Positions 15,001 through 29,070 of a DNA stretch of 64,000 nt are shown here, piece by piece; position 1 is the first letter of the stretch; every line of letters starts with the position of its first letter. The notes under the pieces are model-generated. The model made no database searches. It saw only the letters and a program-made list of their open reading frames with translations, and had not been told where the DNA came from. The DNA is from Paragordius varius (taxonomy: Eukaryota > Animalia > Nematomorpha), in NCBI GenBank assembly GCA_964247055.1, contig OZ176051.1:11780001-11844000 (forward strand), read 5' to 3'. A program made the position numbers and the translations under genes.

Positions 15001-18000
15001 TTGTTGGAAATACTAAAATATTCTTGGGTAATATATGTTGATTGTTGGAAAACTAAAATATTATTGGGTAATATATGTTCATTGTTGGAAAACTAAAATA
15101 TTATTGGTTAATATATTTTGATTGTTGGTAATATTATTTGATTGTTTAAAAAATATGGGTGAATGTTGGAAATACTATAATATTATTGGGTAAGTTAAAA
15201 AAATATGGTTGATTGTTGGAAATACTAAAATATTCTTAGGTAATATATTTTGATTGTTGGAAATAATAAAATATTTGTGGGTAATCTATTTTTATTGTTG
15301 CGAGTTTTATTTGATTGTTGAAAAAATATGGTTGATTGTTGGAAATACTAAAATATTATTGGTTAATATATTATATTTTTGGGAATATTATTTGATTGTT
15401 TAAAAAATATGGCTGATTGTTGGAAATACTAAAATATTCTTGGGTAATATATGTTGATTGTTGGAAAACTAAAATATTATTGGGTAATATATGTTCATTG
15501 TTGGAAAACTAAAATATTATTGGTTAATATATTTTGATTGTTGGTAATATTATTTGATTGTTTAAAAAATATGGGTGAATGTTGGAAATACTATAATATT
15601 ATTGGGTAAGTTAAAAAAATATGGTTGATTGTTGGAAATGCTAAAATATTCTTAGGTAATATATTTTGATTGTTGGAAATAATAAAATATTTGTGGGTAA
15701 TATATTTTTATTGTTGCGAGTTTTATTTGATTGTTAAAATATATGTGTGATTGTTGGAAATACTAAAATATTCTTAGGTAATATATTTTGATTGTTGGAA
15801 ATAATAAAATATTTGTGGGTAATATATTTTGATTGTTGGGAGTTTTATTTGATTGTTAAAAAATATGGGTGATTTTTGGAAATACTAAAATATTCTTAGG
15901 TAATATATTTTGATTGTTGGAAATAATAAAATATTTGTGGGTAATATATTTTGATTGTTGGGGGTTTTATTTCATTGTTAAAAAATATGGTTGATTGTTG
16001 GAAATACTAAAATATTCTTAGGTAATATATTTTGATTGTTGGAAATAATAAAATATTTGTGGGTAATATATTTTGATTGTTGGGAGTTTAATTTGATTGT
16101 TGAAAAAATATGGTTGATTGTTGGAAATACTAAAATATTCTTGGGTAATATATGTTGATTGTTGGAAAACTAAAATATTATTGGGTAATGTATGTTCATT
16201 GTTGGAAAACTAAAATATTATTGGTTAATATATTTTGATTGTTGGTAATATTATTTGATTGTTTAAAAAATATGGGTGAATGTTGGAAATATTAAAATAT
16301 TATTGGGTAATATAATTTGATTGTTGGAAATAATAAAATATTTGTGGGTAATATATTTTGATTGTTGGGAGTTTTATTTGATTGTTAAAAAATATGGGTG
16401 ATTGTTGGAAATACTAAAATGTTCTTAGGTAATATATTTTGATTGTTGGAAATAATAAAATATTTGTGGGTAATATATTTTGATTGTTGGGAGTTTTATT
16501 TGATTGTTAAAAAATATGGGTGATTGTTGGAAATACTAAAATATTCTTAGGTAATATATTTTGATTGTTGGAAATATAAAATATTTGTGGGTAATATATT
16601 TAGATTGTTGGGAAAATTATTAGATTGTTGAAAAAATATGCGTGATTGATGGAAATACTATAATATTATTGGATAAGTTGAAAAAATATGGTTGATTGTT
16701 GGAAATACTAAAATATTCTTAGGTAATATATTTTGATTGATGGAAAACTAAAATATTATTGGTTAATATGTTTTGATTGTTGGGATTATTTGATTGTTTA
16801 AAAAATATGGTTGAGTTTTGGAAATACTAAAATATTCTTGGGTAATATATGTTGATTATTGGAAAACTAAATTATTATTGGTTAATATATTTTGATTGTT
16901 GGGAATATTATTTGATTGTTTAATAAATATGGGTGAATGTTGGAAATACTATAATATTATTGGGTAAGTTAAAAAAATATGGTTGATTGTTGGAAATACT
17001 AAAATATTCTTAGGTAATATATTTTGATTGTTGGAAATAATAAAATATTTGTGGGTAATATATTTTTATTGTTGCGAGTTTTATTTGATTGTTAAAATAT
17101 ATGGGTGATTGTTGGAAATACTAAAATATTCTTAGGTAATATATTTTGATTGTTGGAAATAATAAAATATTTGTGGGTAATATATTTTTATTGTTGCGAG
17201 TTTTATTTGATTGTTAAAATATATGGGTGATTGTTGGAAATACTAAAATATTCTTAGGTAATATATTTTGATTGTTGGAAATAATAAAATATTTGTGGGT
17301 AATATATTTTGATTGTTGGGAGTTTTATTTGATTGTTAAAAAATATGGGTGATTTTTGGAAATACTAAAATATTCTTAGGTAATATATTTTGATTGTTGG
17401 AAATAATAAAATATTTGTGGGTAATATATTTTGATTGTTGGGGGTTTTATTTCATTGTTAAAAAATATGGGTGATTGTTGGAAATACTAAAATATTCTTA
17501 GGTAATATATTTTGATTGTTGGAAATAATAAAATATTTGTGGGTAATATATTTTGATTGTTGGGAGTTTTATTTGATTGTTAAAAAATATGGGTGATTGT
17601 TGGAAATACTAAAATATTCTTAGGTAATATATTTAGATTGTTGGGAAAATTATTAGATTGTTGAAAAAATATGCGTGATTGATGGAAATACTATAATATT
17701 ATTTTATAAGTTGAAAAAATATGGTTGATTGTTGGAAATACTACAATATTCTTAGGTAATATATTTTGATTGATGGAAAACTAAAATATTATTGGTTAAT
17801 ATGTTTTGATTGTTGGGATTATTTGATTGTTTAAAAAATATGGTTGAGTTTTGGAAATACTAAAATATTCTTGGGTAATATATGTTGATTATTGGAAAAC
17901 TAAAATATTATTGGTTAATATATTTTGATTGTTGGGAATATTATTTGATTGTTTAAAAAATATGGTTGAGTTTTGGAAATACTAAAATATTCTTAGGTAA

Positions 18001-21000
18001 TATATTTTGATTGTTGGAAATAATAAAATATTCTTAGGTAATATATTTTGATTGTTGGAAATAATAAAATATTTGTGGGTAATATATTTTGATTGTTGGG
18101 GGTTTTATTTCATTGTTAAAAAATATGGGTGATTGTTGGAAATACTAAAATATTCTTAGGTAATATATTTTGATTGTTGGAAATAATAAAATATTTGTGG
18201 GTAATATATTTAGATTGTTGGGAGTTTTATTTGATTGTTAAAAAATATGGGTGATTGTTGGAAATACTAAAATATTCTTAGGTAATATATTTTGATTGTT
18301 GGAAATAATAAAATATTTGTGGGTAATATATTTAGATTGTTGGGAAAATTATTAGATTGTTGAAAAAATATGCGTGATTGATGGAAATACTATAATATTA
18401 TTTTATAAGTTGAAAAAATATGGTTGATTGTTGGAAATACTAAAATATTCTTAGGTAATATATTTTGATTGATGGAAAACTAAAATATTATTGGTTAATA
18501 TGTTTTGATTGTTGGGATTATTTGATTGTTTAAAAAATATGGTTGAGTTTTGGAAATACTAAAATATTCTTGGGTAATATATGTTGATTATTGGAAAACT
18601 AAAATATTATTGGTTAATATATTTTGATTGTTGGGAATATTATTTGATTGTTTAAAAAATATGGTTGAGTTTTGGAAATACTAAAATATTCTTAGGTAAT
18701 ATATTTTGATTGTTGGAAATAATAAAATATTCTTAGGTAATATATTTTGATTGTTGGAAATAATAAAATATTTGTGGGTAATATATTTTTATTGTTGCGA
18801 GTTTTATTTGATTGTTAAAATATATGGGTGATTGTTGGAAATACTAAAATATTCTTAGGTAATATATTTTGATTGTTGGGAATATTATTTGATTGAAAAA
18901 ATATGGGTTTTGAAATATTAAAATATTATTGGGTAATATATGTTGATTGTTGGAAAACAAAAATATTATTGGTTAATATGTTTTGATTGTTGGGAATATT
19001 ATTTGATTGTTTAAAAATATGGGTGAATGTTGGAAATACTATAATATTATTATGTAAGTTGAAAAAATATGGTTGATTGTTGGAAATACTAAAATATTCT
19101 TAGGTAATATATTTTGATTGTTGGAAATAATAAAATATTTGTGGGTAATATATTTTGATTGTTTGGAATATTATTTGATTGAAAAAATATGGGTTTGGAA
19201 ATATTAAAATATTATTGGGTAATATATGTTGATTGTTGGAAAACAAAAATATTATTGGTTAATATATTTTGATTGTTGGGAATATTATTCGATTGTTTAA
19301 AAATATGGGTGAATGTTGGAAATATTAAAATATTATTTGGTAAGTTGAAAAAATATGGCTGATTGTTGGAAATACTAAAATATTCTTAGGTAATATATTT
19401 TGATTGTTGGAAATAATAAAATATTTGTGGGTAATATATTTTTATTGTTGCGAGTTTTATTTGATTGTTAAAATATATGGGTGATTGTTAGAAATACTAA
19501 AATATTCTTAGGTAATATATTTTGATTGTTGGAAATAATAAAATATTTCTGGGTAATATATTTTGATTGTTGGGATTATTTGATTGTTTAAAAAATATGG
19601 GTGAATGTTGGAAATATTATAATATTATTGGGTAAGTTAAAAAAATATGGTTGATTGTTGGAAATACTAAAATATTCTTAGGTAATATATTTTGATTGTT
19701 GAAAATAATTAAATATTTGTGGGTAATATATTTTTATTGTTGCGAGTTTTATTTGATTGTTAAAATATATGGGTGATTGTTGGAAATACTAAAATATTCT
19801 TAGGTAATATATTTTGATTGTTGGAAATAATAAAATATTTGTGGGTAATATATTTTGATTGTTGGGAGTTTTATTTGATTGTTAAAATATATGGGTGATT
19901 GTTGGAAATACTAAAATATTCTTAGGTAATATATTTTGATTGTTGGAAATAATAAAATATTTGTGGGTAATATATTTTGATTGTTGGGAGTTTTATTTGA
20001 TTGTTAAAAAATATGGGTGATTGTTGGAAATACTAAAATATTCTTAGGTAATATATTTTGATTGTTGGAAATAATAAAATATTTGTGGGTAATATATTTA
20101 GATTGTTGGGAAAATTATTAGATTGTTGAAAAAATATGCGTGATTGATGGAAATACTATAATATTATTTTATAAGTTGAAAAAATATGGTTGATTGTTGG
20201 AAATACTAAAATATTCTTAGGTAATATATTTTGATTGATGGAAAACTAAAATATTATTGGTTAATATGTTTTGATTGTTGGGATTATTTGATTGTTTAAA
20301 AAATATGGTTGAGTTTTGGAAATACTAAAATATTCTTGGGTAATATATGTTGATTATTGGAAAACTAAAATATTATTGGTTAATATATTTTGATTGTTGG
20401 GAATATTATTTGATTGTTTAAAAAATATGGTTGAGTTTTGGAAATACTAAAATATTCTTAGGTAATATATTTTGATTGTTGGAAATAATAAAATATTCTT
20501 AGGTAATATATTTTGATTGTTGGAAATAATAAAATATTTGTGGGTAATATATTTTTATTGTTGCGAGTTTTATTTGATTGTTAAAATATATGGGTGATTG
20601 TTGGAAATACTAAAATATTCTTAGGTAATATATTTTGATTGTTGGGAATATTATTTGATTGAAAAAATATGGGTTTGGAAATATTAAAATATTATTGGGT
20701 AATATATGTTGATTGTTGGAAAACAAAAATATTATTGGTTAATATATTTTGATTGTTGGGAATATTATTTGATTGTTTAAAAATATGGGTGAATGTTGGA
20801 AATACTATAATATTATTATGTAAGTTGAAAAAATATGGTTGATTGTTGGAAATACTAAAATATTCTTAGGTAATATATTTTGATTGTTGGAAATAATAAA
20901 ATATTTGTGGGTAATATATTTTGATTGTTGGGAGTTTTATTTGATTGTTAAAAAATATGGGTGATTGTTGGAAATACTAAAATATTCTTAGGTAATATAT

Positions 21001-24000
21001 TTTGATTGTTGGAAATAATAAAATATTTGTGGGTAATATATTTAGATTGTTGGGAAAATTATTAGATTGTTGAAAAAATATGCGTGATTGATGGAAATAC
21101 TATAATATTCTTAGGTAATATATTTTGATTGATGGAAAACTAAAATATTATTGGTTAATATGTTTTGATTGTTGGGATTATTTGATTGTTTAAAAAATAT
21201 GGTTGAGTTTTGGAAATACTAAAATATTCTTGGGTAATATATGTTGATTATTGGAAAACTAAAATATTATTGGTTAATATATTTTGATTGTTGGGAATAT
21301 TATTTGATTGTTTAAAAAATATGGTTGAGTTTTGGAAATACTAAAATATTCTTAGGTAATATATTTTGATTGTTGGAAATAATAAAATATTCTTAGGTAA
21401 TATATTTTGATTGTTGGAAATAATAAAATATTTGTGGGTAATATATTTTTATTGTTGCGAGTTTTATTTGATTGTTAAAATATATGGGTGATTGTTGGAA
21501 ATACTAAAATATTCTTAGGTAATATATTTTGATTGTTGGGAATATTATTTGATTGAAAAAATATGGGTTTGGAAATATTAAAATATTATTGGGTAATATA
21601 TGTTGATTGTTGGAAAACAAAAATATTATTGGTTAATATATTTTGATTGTTGGGAATATTATTTGATTGTTTAAAAATATGGGTGAATGTTGGAAATACT
21701 ATAATATTATTATGTAAGTTGAAAAAATATGGTTGATTGTTGGAAATACTAAAATATTCTTAGGTAATATATTATGATTGTTGGAAGTACTAAATTATTT
21801 GTGGGTAATATATTTAGATTGTTAGGAATATTATTTGATTGTTGGAAATATATGGTTGATTGTTGGAAATACTAAAATATTCTTAGGTAATATATTTTGA
21901 TTGTTGGAAATAATAAAATATTTGTGGGTAATATATTTTTATTGTTGCGAGTTTTATTTGATTGTTGAAAAAATATGGTTGATTGTTGGAAATACTAAAA
22001 TATTATTGGTTAATATATTAAATTGTTAAGAATATTATTTGATTGTTTAAAAAATATGGCTGATTGTTGGAAATACTAAAATATTCTTGGGTAATATATG
22101 TTCATTGTTGGAAAACTAAAATATTATTGGGTAATATATGTTCATTGTTGGAAAACTAAAATATTATTGGTTAATATATTTTGATTGTTGGGAATATTAT
22201 TTGATTGTTTAAAAAATATGGGTGAATGTTGGAAATACTATAATATTATTGGGTAAGTTAAAAAAATATGGTTGATTGTTGGAAATACTAAAATATTCTT
22301 AGGTAATATATTTTGATTGTTGGAAATAATAAAATAATTGTGGGTAATATATTTTTATTGTTGCGAGTTTTATTTGATTGTTGAAAAAATATGGTTGATT
22401 GTTGGAAATACTAAAATATTATTGGTTAATATATTAAATTGTTGGGAATATTATTTGATTGTTTAAAAAATATGGCTGATTGTTGGAAATACTAAAATAT
22501 TCTTGGGTAATATATGTTGATTGTTGGTAATATTATTTGATTGTTTAAAAAATATGGGTGAATGTTGGAAATACTATAATATTATTGGGTAAGTTAAAAA
22601 AATATGGTTGATTGTTGGAAATACTAAAATATTCTTAGGTAATATATTTTGATTGTTGGAAATAATAAAATATTTGTGGGTAATATATTTTGATTGTTGG
22701 GAGTTTTATTTGATTGTTAAAAAATATGGGTGATTGTTGGAAATACTAAAATATTCTTGGGTATGTTGATTATTGGAAAACTAAAATATTATTGGTTAAT
22801 ATATTTTGATTGTTGGAAATATTAGATTGTTTAAAAAATATGGGTGAATGTTGAAAATACTATAATATTATTAGGTAAGTTAAAAAAATATGGTTGATTG
22901 TTGGAAATACTAAAATATTCTTAGGTAATATATTTTGATTGTTGGAAATAATAAAATATTTGTGGGTAATATATTTTTATTGTTGCGAGTTTTATTTGAT
23001 TGTTAAAATATATGGGTGATTGTTGGAAATACTAAAATATTCTTAGGTAATATATTTTAATTGTTGGAAATAATAAAATATTTGTGGGTAATATATTTTG
23101 ATTGTTAAGAATATTATTTGATTGTTTAAAAAATATGGGTGAATGTTGGAAATACTATAATATTATTGGGTAATATATGTTGATTGTTAGGAATATTATT
23201 TGATTGTTTAAAAAATATGGGTGAATGTTGGAAATACTATAATATTATTGGGTAATATATGTTTATTGTTGGAAAACTAAAATATTATTGGTTAATATAT
23301 TTTGATTGTTTAAAAAATATGGATGAATGTTGTAAATACTAAAATATTCTTGGGTAATATATGTTGATTGATGAAAAACTCAAATATTATTGGTTAATAT
23401 ATTTAGATTGTTGGGAATATTATTTGATTGTTGAAAAAAAATGGTTGATTGTTGGAAATGCCAAAATATTTTTGGGTAAGTTAAAAAAATATGGTTGATT
23501 GTTGGAAATACTAAAATATTCTTAGGTAATATATTTTGATTGTTGGAAATAATAAAATATTTGTGGGTAATATATTTTGATTGTTGGGAGTTATATTTGA
23601 TTGTGGAAAAAATATGGGTGTTTGTTGGAAATACTAAAATATTCTTAGGTAATATATTTTGATTGTTAGTAAATACTTAAATATTCTTGGGTAATATATT
23701 TTGATTATTGGTAATATTTTTGATTTTGAAAATATATGGTTGATTGTTGGAAATGCTAAAATATTTTTGGGTAAGTTAAAAAAATATGGTTGATTGTTGG
23801 AAATACTAAAATATTCTTAGGTAATATATTTTGATTGTTATAAATAATAAAATATTTGTGGGTAATATATTTTGATTGTTGGGAGTTATATTTTATTGTT
23901 GAAAAAATATGGGTGTTTGTTGGAAATACTAAAATATTCTTAGGTAATATATTTTGATTGTTAGTAAATACTTAAATATTCTTGGGTAATATATTTTGAT

Positions 24001-26023
24001 TATTGGTAATATTTTTGATTTTGAAAATATATGGTTGATTGTTGGAAATGCTAAAATATTTTTGGGTAAGTTAAAAAAATATGGTTGATTGTTGGAAATA
24101 CTAAAATATTCTTAGGTAATATATTTTGATTGTTGGAAATAATAAAATATTTGTGGGTAATATATTTTGATTGTTGGGAGTTATATTTGATTGTTGAAAA
24201 AATATGGGTGTTTGTTGAAAATACTAAAATATGCTTAGGTAATATATTTTGATTATTGGTAATATATTTTTTATTTTTGATATGTGGTTGATTGTTGGAA
24301 ATACTAAAAAATTCTTATGTACTATATGTTGATTGTTTGATAACTAAATTATTATTGGTTAATATATTTTGATTGTTGGAAATATTTGATTGTTGAAAAA
24401 ATTTGGTTGATATTTGGAAATGCTATTTTTAGGTAAAAATATTTTGATTGTTGGAAATACTAAAATATTTGCGGGATATATTTTTTCATTGTTGGGAATA
24501 TTATTTGATTGTTGAAAAAATATGGTTGATAGTTGGAAATACTAAAATATTCTTAGGTTATATATTTTGATTGTTGTAAATACTAAATTATTTGTGGGGA
24601 ATATTTTAATTGTTTGGCATATTATTTGATTGTTGAAAAAATAGAGGTGATTGTTGGAAATGCTAATATATTTTTAAGTAATAAATTTTTATTGTTGGAA
24701 ATACTAAAATATTTGTGGGTAATATATTTTGATTGTTGGAATTTGATTGTTGAAAAAATATGGTTGATTATTGGAAATAATAAAATATTCTTGGGTAATA
24801 TATTAAATTGTTAAGAATATTATTTGATTGTTTAAAAAATATGGCTGATTGTTGGAAATACTAAAATATTCTTGGGTAATATATGTTCATTGTTGGAAAA
24901 CTAAAATATTATTGGGTAATATATGTTCATTGTTGGAAAACTAAAATATTATTGGTTAATATATTTTGATTGTTGGGAATATTATTTGATTGTTTAAAAA
25001 ATATGGGTGAATGTTGGAAATACTATAATATTATTGGGTAAGTTAAAAAAATATGGTTGATTGTTGGAAATACTAAAATATTCTTGGGTAATATATTTTT
25101 ATTTGATTGTTTAATATTCTTGGGTAATATATTTTGATTATTGGTAATATTTTTAATTTTTGAAGATATGTGGTTGATTGTTGGAAATAGTAAAATATTA
25201 TTGCATAAGTTGAAAAAACATGGTTGATTGTTGGAAATACTAAAATATTTGTGGGTAATATATTTTGATTGTTTGACATATTATTTGATTGTTGAAAAAA
25301 TATGGGTGATTGTTGGAAATACTAAATATTCTTAGGTAATATATTTTGATTGTTGGAAATAATAATATATTTTTGGGTAATATATTTTGATTGTTGGGAG
25401 TTTTATTTGATTTTTGAAAAAATATGGTTGATTGTTGGAAATACTAAAATATTCTTAGTTAATATATTTTGATTGTTGAAAGTACTAAAATATTTGTGGG
25501 TAATATATTTAGATAGAATATTATTTGATTGTTGAAAAAATATGGTTGATTGTTGGAAATGCTAAAAGGTTATTGGGTAATATTTGATAGTTGGAAATAT
25601 TATTCGATTGTTGAAAAAATATTGTTGATTGTTGGAAATCCTAAAATATTCTTGGGTAATATATTTTGATTGTTGGAAATATTATTCGATTGTTGAAAAA
25701 ATATTGTTGATTGTTGGAAATACTAAAATACTCTTGGGTAATATATTTTGATTGTTGGAAACATTATTTGATTGTTGAAAAAATATGGTTGATTTTTGGA
25801 AATACAAAAATATTCTTGGGTAATATATTTTGATTATTTGTAATAGTTTTGATTTTAGAAGATATATGGTTGATTGTTGGAAATACTAAGACTTCTTGGG
25901 TAATATATGTTAATTTTTGGAAAACTAAAATATTATTGGTGAATATATTTTGATTGTTGGGAATTATTTGATTGTTGAAATATGGTTGATTGTTGGAAAT
26001 GCTAAAATATATTTGGGTAAAAA
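1..26023 (+). repeat. Modular AT-rich satellite array, GATTGTT-strand orientation; continues beyond the left edge of the window
   Basis: Tandem subunits: GATTGTTGGAAATACTAAAATATTCTTAGGTAATATATTTT (41 bp), GATTGTTGGAAATAATAAAATATTTGTGGGTAATATATTTT (41), GATTGTTGGGAGTTTTATTT or GATTGTTGGGAATATTATTT (20), GATTGTTGAAAAAATATGGTT (21), plus 40- and 50-bp variants. A common composite is 41+41+20+21=123 bp. Homogeneous to ~23 kb, more divergent from 23 to 26 kb. Confidence 0.98.
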
Positions 26024-27975
26024 TTTTCAACAATCAAATAATATTTCCAACAATCAAAATATATTACCCATATATATTTTGGCATTTCCAACAATAAACC
26101 ATATTTTTTCAACTTACACAATAACATTTTAGTTCCAACAATCAACCATATATTTTCAAAATTCAAATAATATTTCCAACAATCAAAGGATATTACCTAA
26201 GAATATTTAAGTGTTTCCAATAATCAACCATATTTTTTCAACAATCAAATAAAACTCCCAACAATCAAAATATATTACCCACAAATATTTTATTATTTCC
26301 ATCAATCAACATATATTACCCAAGAATATTCTAGTATTTCCAACAATCAGCCATATTTTTTCAATTTACCCAATAATATTATAGTATTTCCAACATTCAC
26401 CTATATTTTTTAAACAATCAAATAATATTACCAACAATCAAAATATATTAACCAATAATATTTTAGTTTTCCAACAATAAACATATATTACCCAATAATA
26501 TTTTAGTTTTCCAACAATCAACATATATTACCCAAGAATATTTTAGTATTTCCAACAATCAACCATATTTTTCCAACAATCATATAACATTTCCAGCAAT
26601 TAATTTCTATTACCCAATAAAATTGAAGTATATATAACAATCACCATATTTTTTAACAATCAAATAATATTTCCAACAATCAAATTTTGTTACCCATTAA
26701 AATTTTAGTATTTACAACAATCAACCATATAATTTCAACAATAAAACTTTATCCAATAATTAGTATTTTCAACAATCAACGATATGTTTTCCACAATTAA
26801 ATAATATTTCCAACAATAAAATTTTATTACCCAATGATATTTTAGTATTTCCAACATACAACCATATTTTTACAACAATCAAATAATATTTTCAACAACA
26901 AATTTTATTACCCAATAATATTTTAGTATTTCCTACAATCAACCATATAATTTCAACAATCAAATAATATTTTTAACAAAAAAAGTATTTTCAACAATCA
27001 ACGATATGTTTTCCACAATAAAATAATATTTCCAACTATAAAATTTTATTAGAAAATAATATTATAGTATTTCCAACTATCAACCATATTTTTATAACAA
27101 TCAAATAATATTTCCAACAATCAAATTTTATTACCCAATAAAATTTTAGTATTTCCAACAATCAACCATATAATTTCAACAATCAAATAATATTTCCAAC
27201 AATCAAATTTTATTACCCAATAAAATTTTAGTATTTCCAACAATCAACCATATACAACAATCAAATAATATTTCCAACAATCAACCATATACAACAATCA
27301 AATAATATTTCCAACAATCAACATATTTTTCTAACAATCAAATAATATTTCCAACAATCAAATTTTATTACCCAATGTATTTTAGTATTTCCAACAATCA
27401 ACCATATTCAGCTATCAATAAATATTTTCAACAATAAAACTTTATTACCCAATAATTAGTATTTTCAACAATCAACGATATTTTTTTAACAATCAAATAA
27501 TGTTTCCATATTATTTTCAACAATCAACCATATTTTTACAACAATAAAATAATATTTCCAGCAATAAAATTTTATTACCCAATAATTACTATTTCCAACA
27601 ATCAACCATATTTTTTTAACAATCAAATAATATTTCCAACAATCAAATTTTGTTACCCAATAAAATTTTTACATTTCCTACAATACACCATATAATTTAA
27701 ACTATCAAATAATATTTCCAACTACCCAATCATATTTTAATATTTCCAACAATCAACCATATAATTTTAACAATTAAATAATATTTCCAACAATCAAAAT
27801 ATATCATCCAATAATATTTTAGTATTTCCATTAATCAATCATATTATTTCAACAATCCATTAATATTTCCAACAAAAAATATTTTACCCAATAATACTTT
27901 AGTATTTCCAACAATCAACTATATATTTTCACAATATAATTATCCCAACAATCAAAACATATTACCCAATAATAT
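26024..27975 (-). repeat. Same satellite in inverted orientation (AACAATC strand), mostly degenerate
   Basis: Orientation flips at GGGTAAAAA|TTTTCAACAATC. Units read CAACAATCAACCATATTTTT and TTTAGTATTTCCAACAATC up to ATTACCCAATAATAT at 27,975. Confidence 0.95.
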
Positions 27976-29070
27976 GAACTAGTGTAATTTTTATCAGACA
28001 GTAATCATGCCGATTTTCGTATTTGATCAAAGTGGTAATAACATGCTAATATCACTCGAAAGGGCCAACAAAAACCAAGATAATGCTACCGATTTATATC
28101 AGAATGTATAATTACATATATATTTATTAAATTTATTACACCCCCCAATTTGTGCATTTATAGCATTATTTTGTTCAGTAATATAAAAACGCTTGATTAT
28201 GAAAAAATAATTTTAAAAAATATTAAATATTGGTTTATCGTCGATTTTTTTTTCATAGCAAATCAAATACAAAAAATTCACATTTCATGAAAAAATTTGA
28301 AGTCTGGTATTTTTTTGTTTCAATATTCCAAATAATAATAAAGCAATAATATTATTTAGTATACGTTCTAAAATTTTAAAATATTGATAAAAGAAATTTA
28401 TCACATTTTGCATCTAATATTATAATTTGAAAAAAAATTATTAAAGATTTACGAAAATTCGCTGTTACTTTATAATACTAGACAACAAATTTTTATTTTT
28501 TTTAACTGCCATTCTCGTAAATTTAAAATTTATTTTATTAAAGTATATAAACTAAAAAAAATAGTCTAACGGCTAAAAATATTTTTATTAAGATCTGATA
28601 AATTTTGGCCACGATTTCTATTAAACTAAAAATTTTTAAAATTAAAAGTTTTAGATATGAAGCCATGTATTCTATTTCATTTGAAAGAGTGCCTACATTT
28701 TTCGAATGGTAGCTAGTCATTTTATTCAAACTGATCTAAAAGTTATTTGGTATATAAATTTTCAACCCCTAAATAAGTCAAAATATTTCCTAGACAAACT
28801 ATAATTTAAAAATCATATAATTTTTAATATAAATATTAGGGTTAGATTAGTAAAAAATTAAAAAAAAATTGAAAAAGTTGGTTTGCTTTTTAAATAGAAA
28901 TTATTTGGTAGAAGTTAAATGCATGGTCACTTAATATCATTAAATATATTAAAAAAGTAATACAGAATTTTTTAAGAATTCTAATTTTTAAATATGGGCT
29001 CAAGTCGCATTTATTTTCAACTCTTTAAAAATTGGATGTCACTAAAATACATAAAAACGCAAATAAATTA
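27976..29070. other. Non-satellite island inside the satellite domain, probably decayed DNA-transposon sequence
   Basis: No GATTGTT/AACAATC periodicity. Its right end (28,965-29,070) resembles segments at 36,620-36,690 and the reverse complement of 37,800-37,910 (GGGCTCAA..AGTCGCA; ATGTCACTAAAATA..GCAAATAAATTA). Confidence 0.6.

Noticed and set aside
1-26023. CRISPR array or other repeat-spacer system
   Set aside because: There are no unique spacers, since all inter-head sequence is itself repeated. There are no cas-like ORFs and the context is eukaryotic.
1-26023. Telomeric or telomere-replacing repeat (strong G-over-C strand bias)
   Set aside because: No TTAGG/TTAGGG/TCAGG runs. If the chromosome end were to the left, the G-rich strand would point away from it. 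The adjacent PLE has an endonuclease, unlike telomeric PLEs. A subtelomeric location cannot be excluded.
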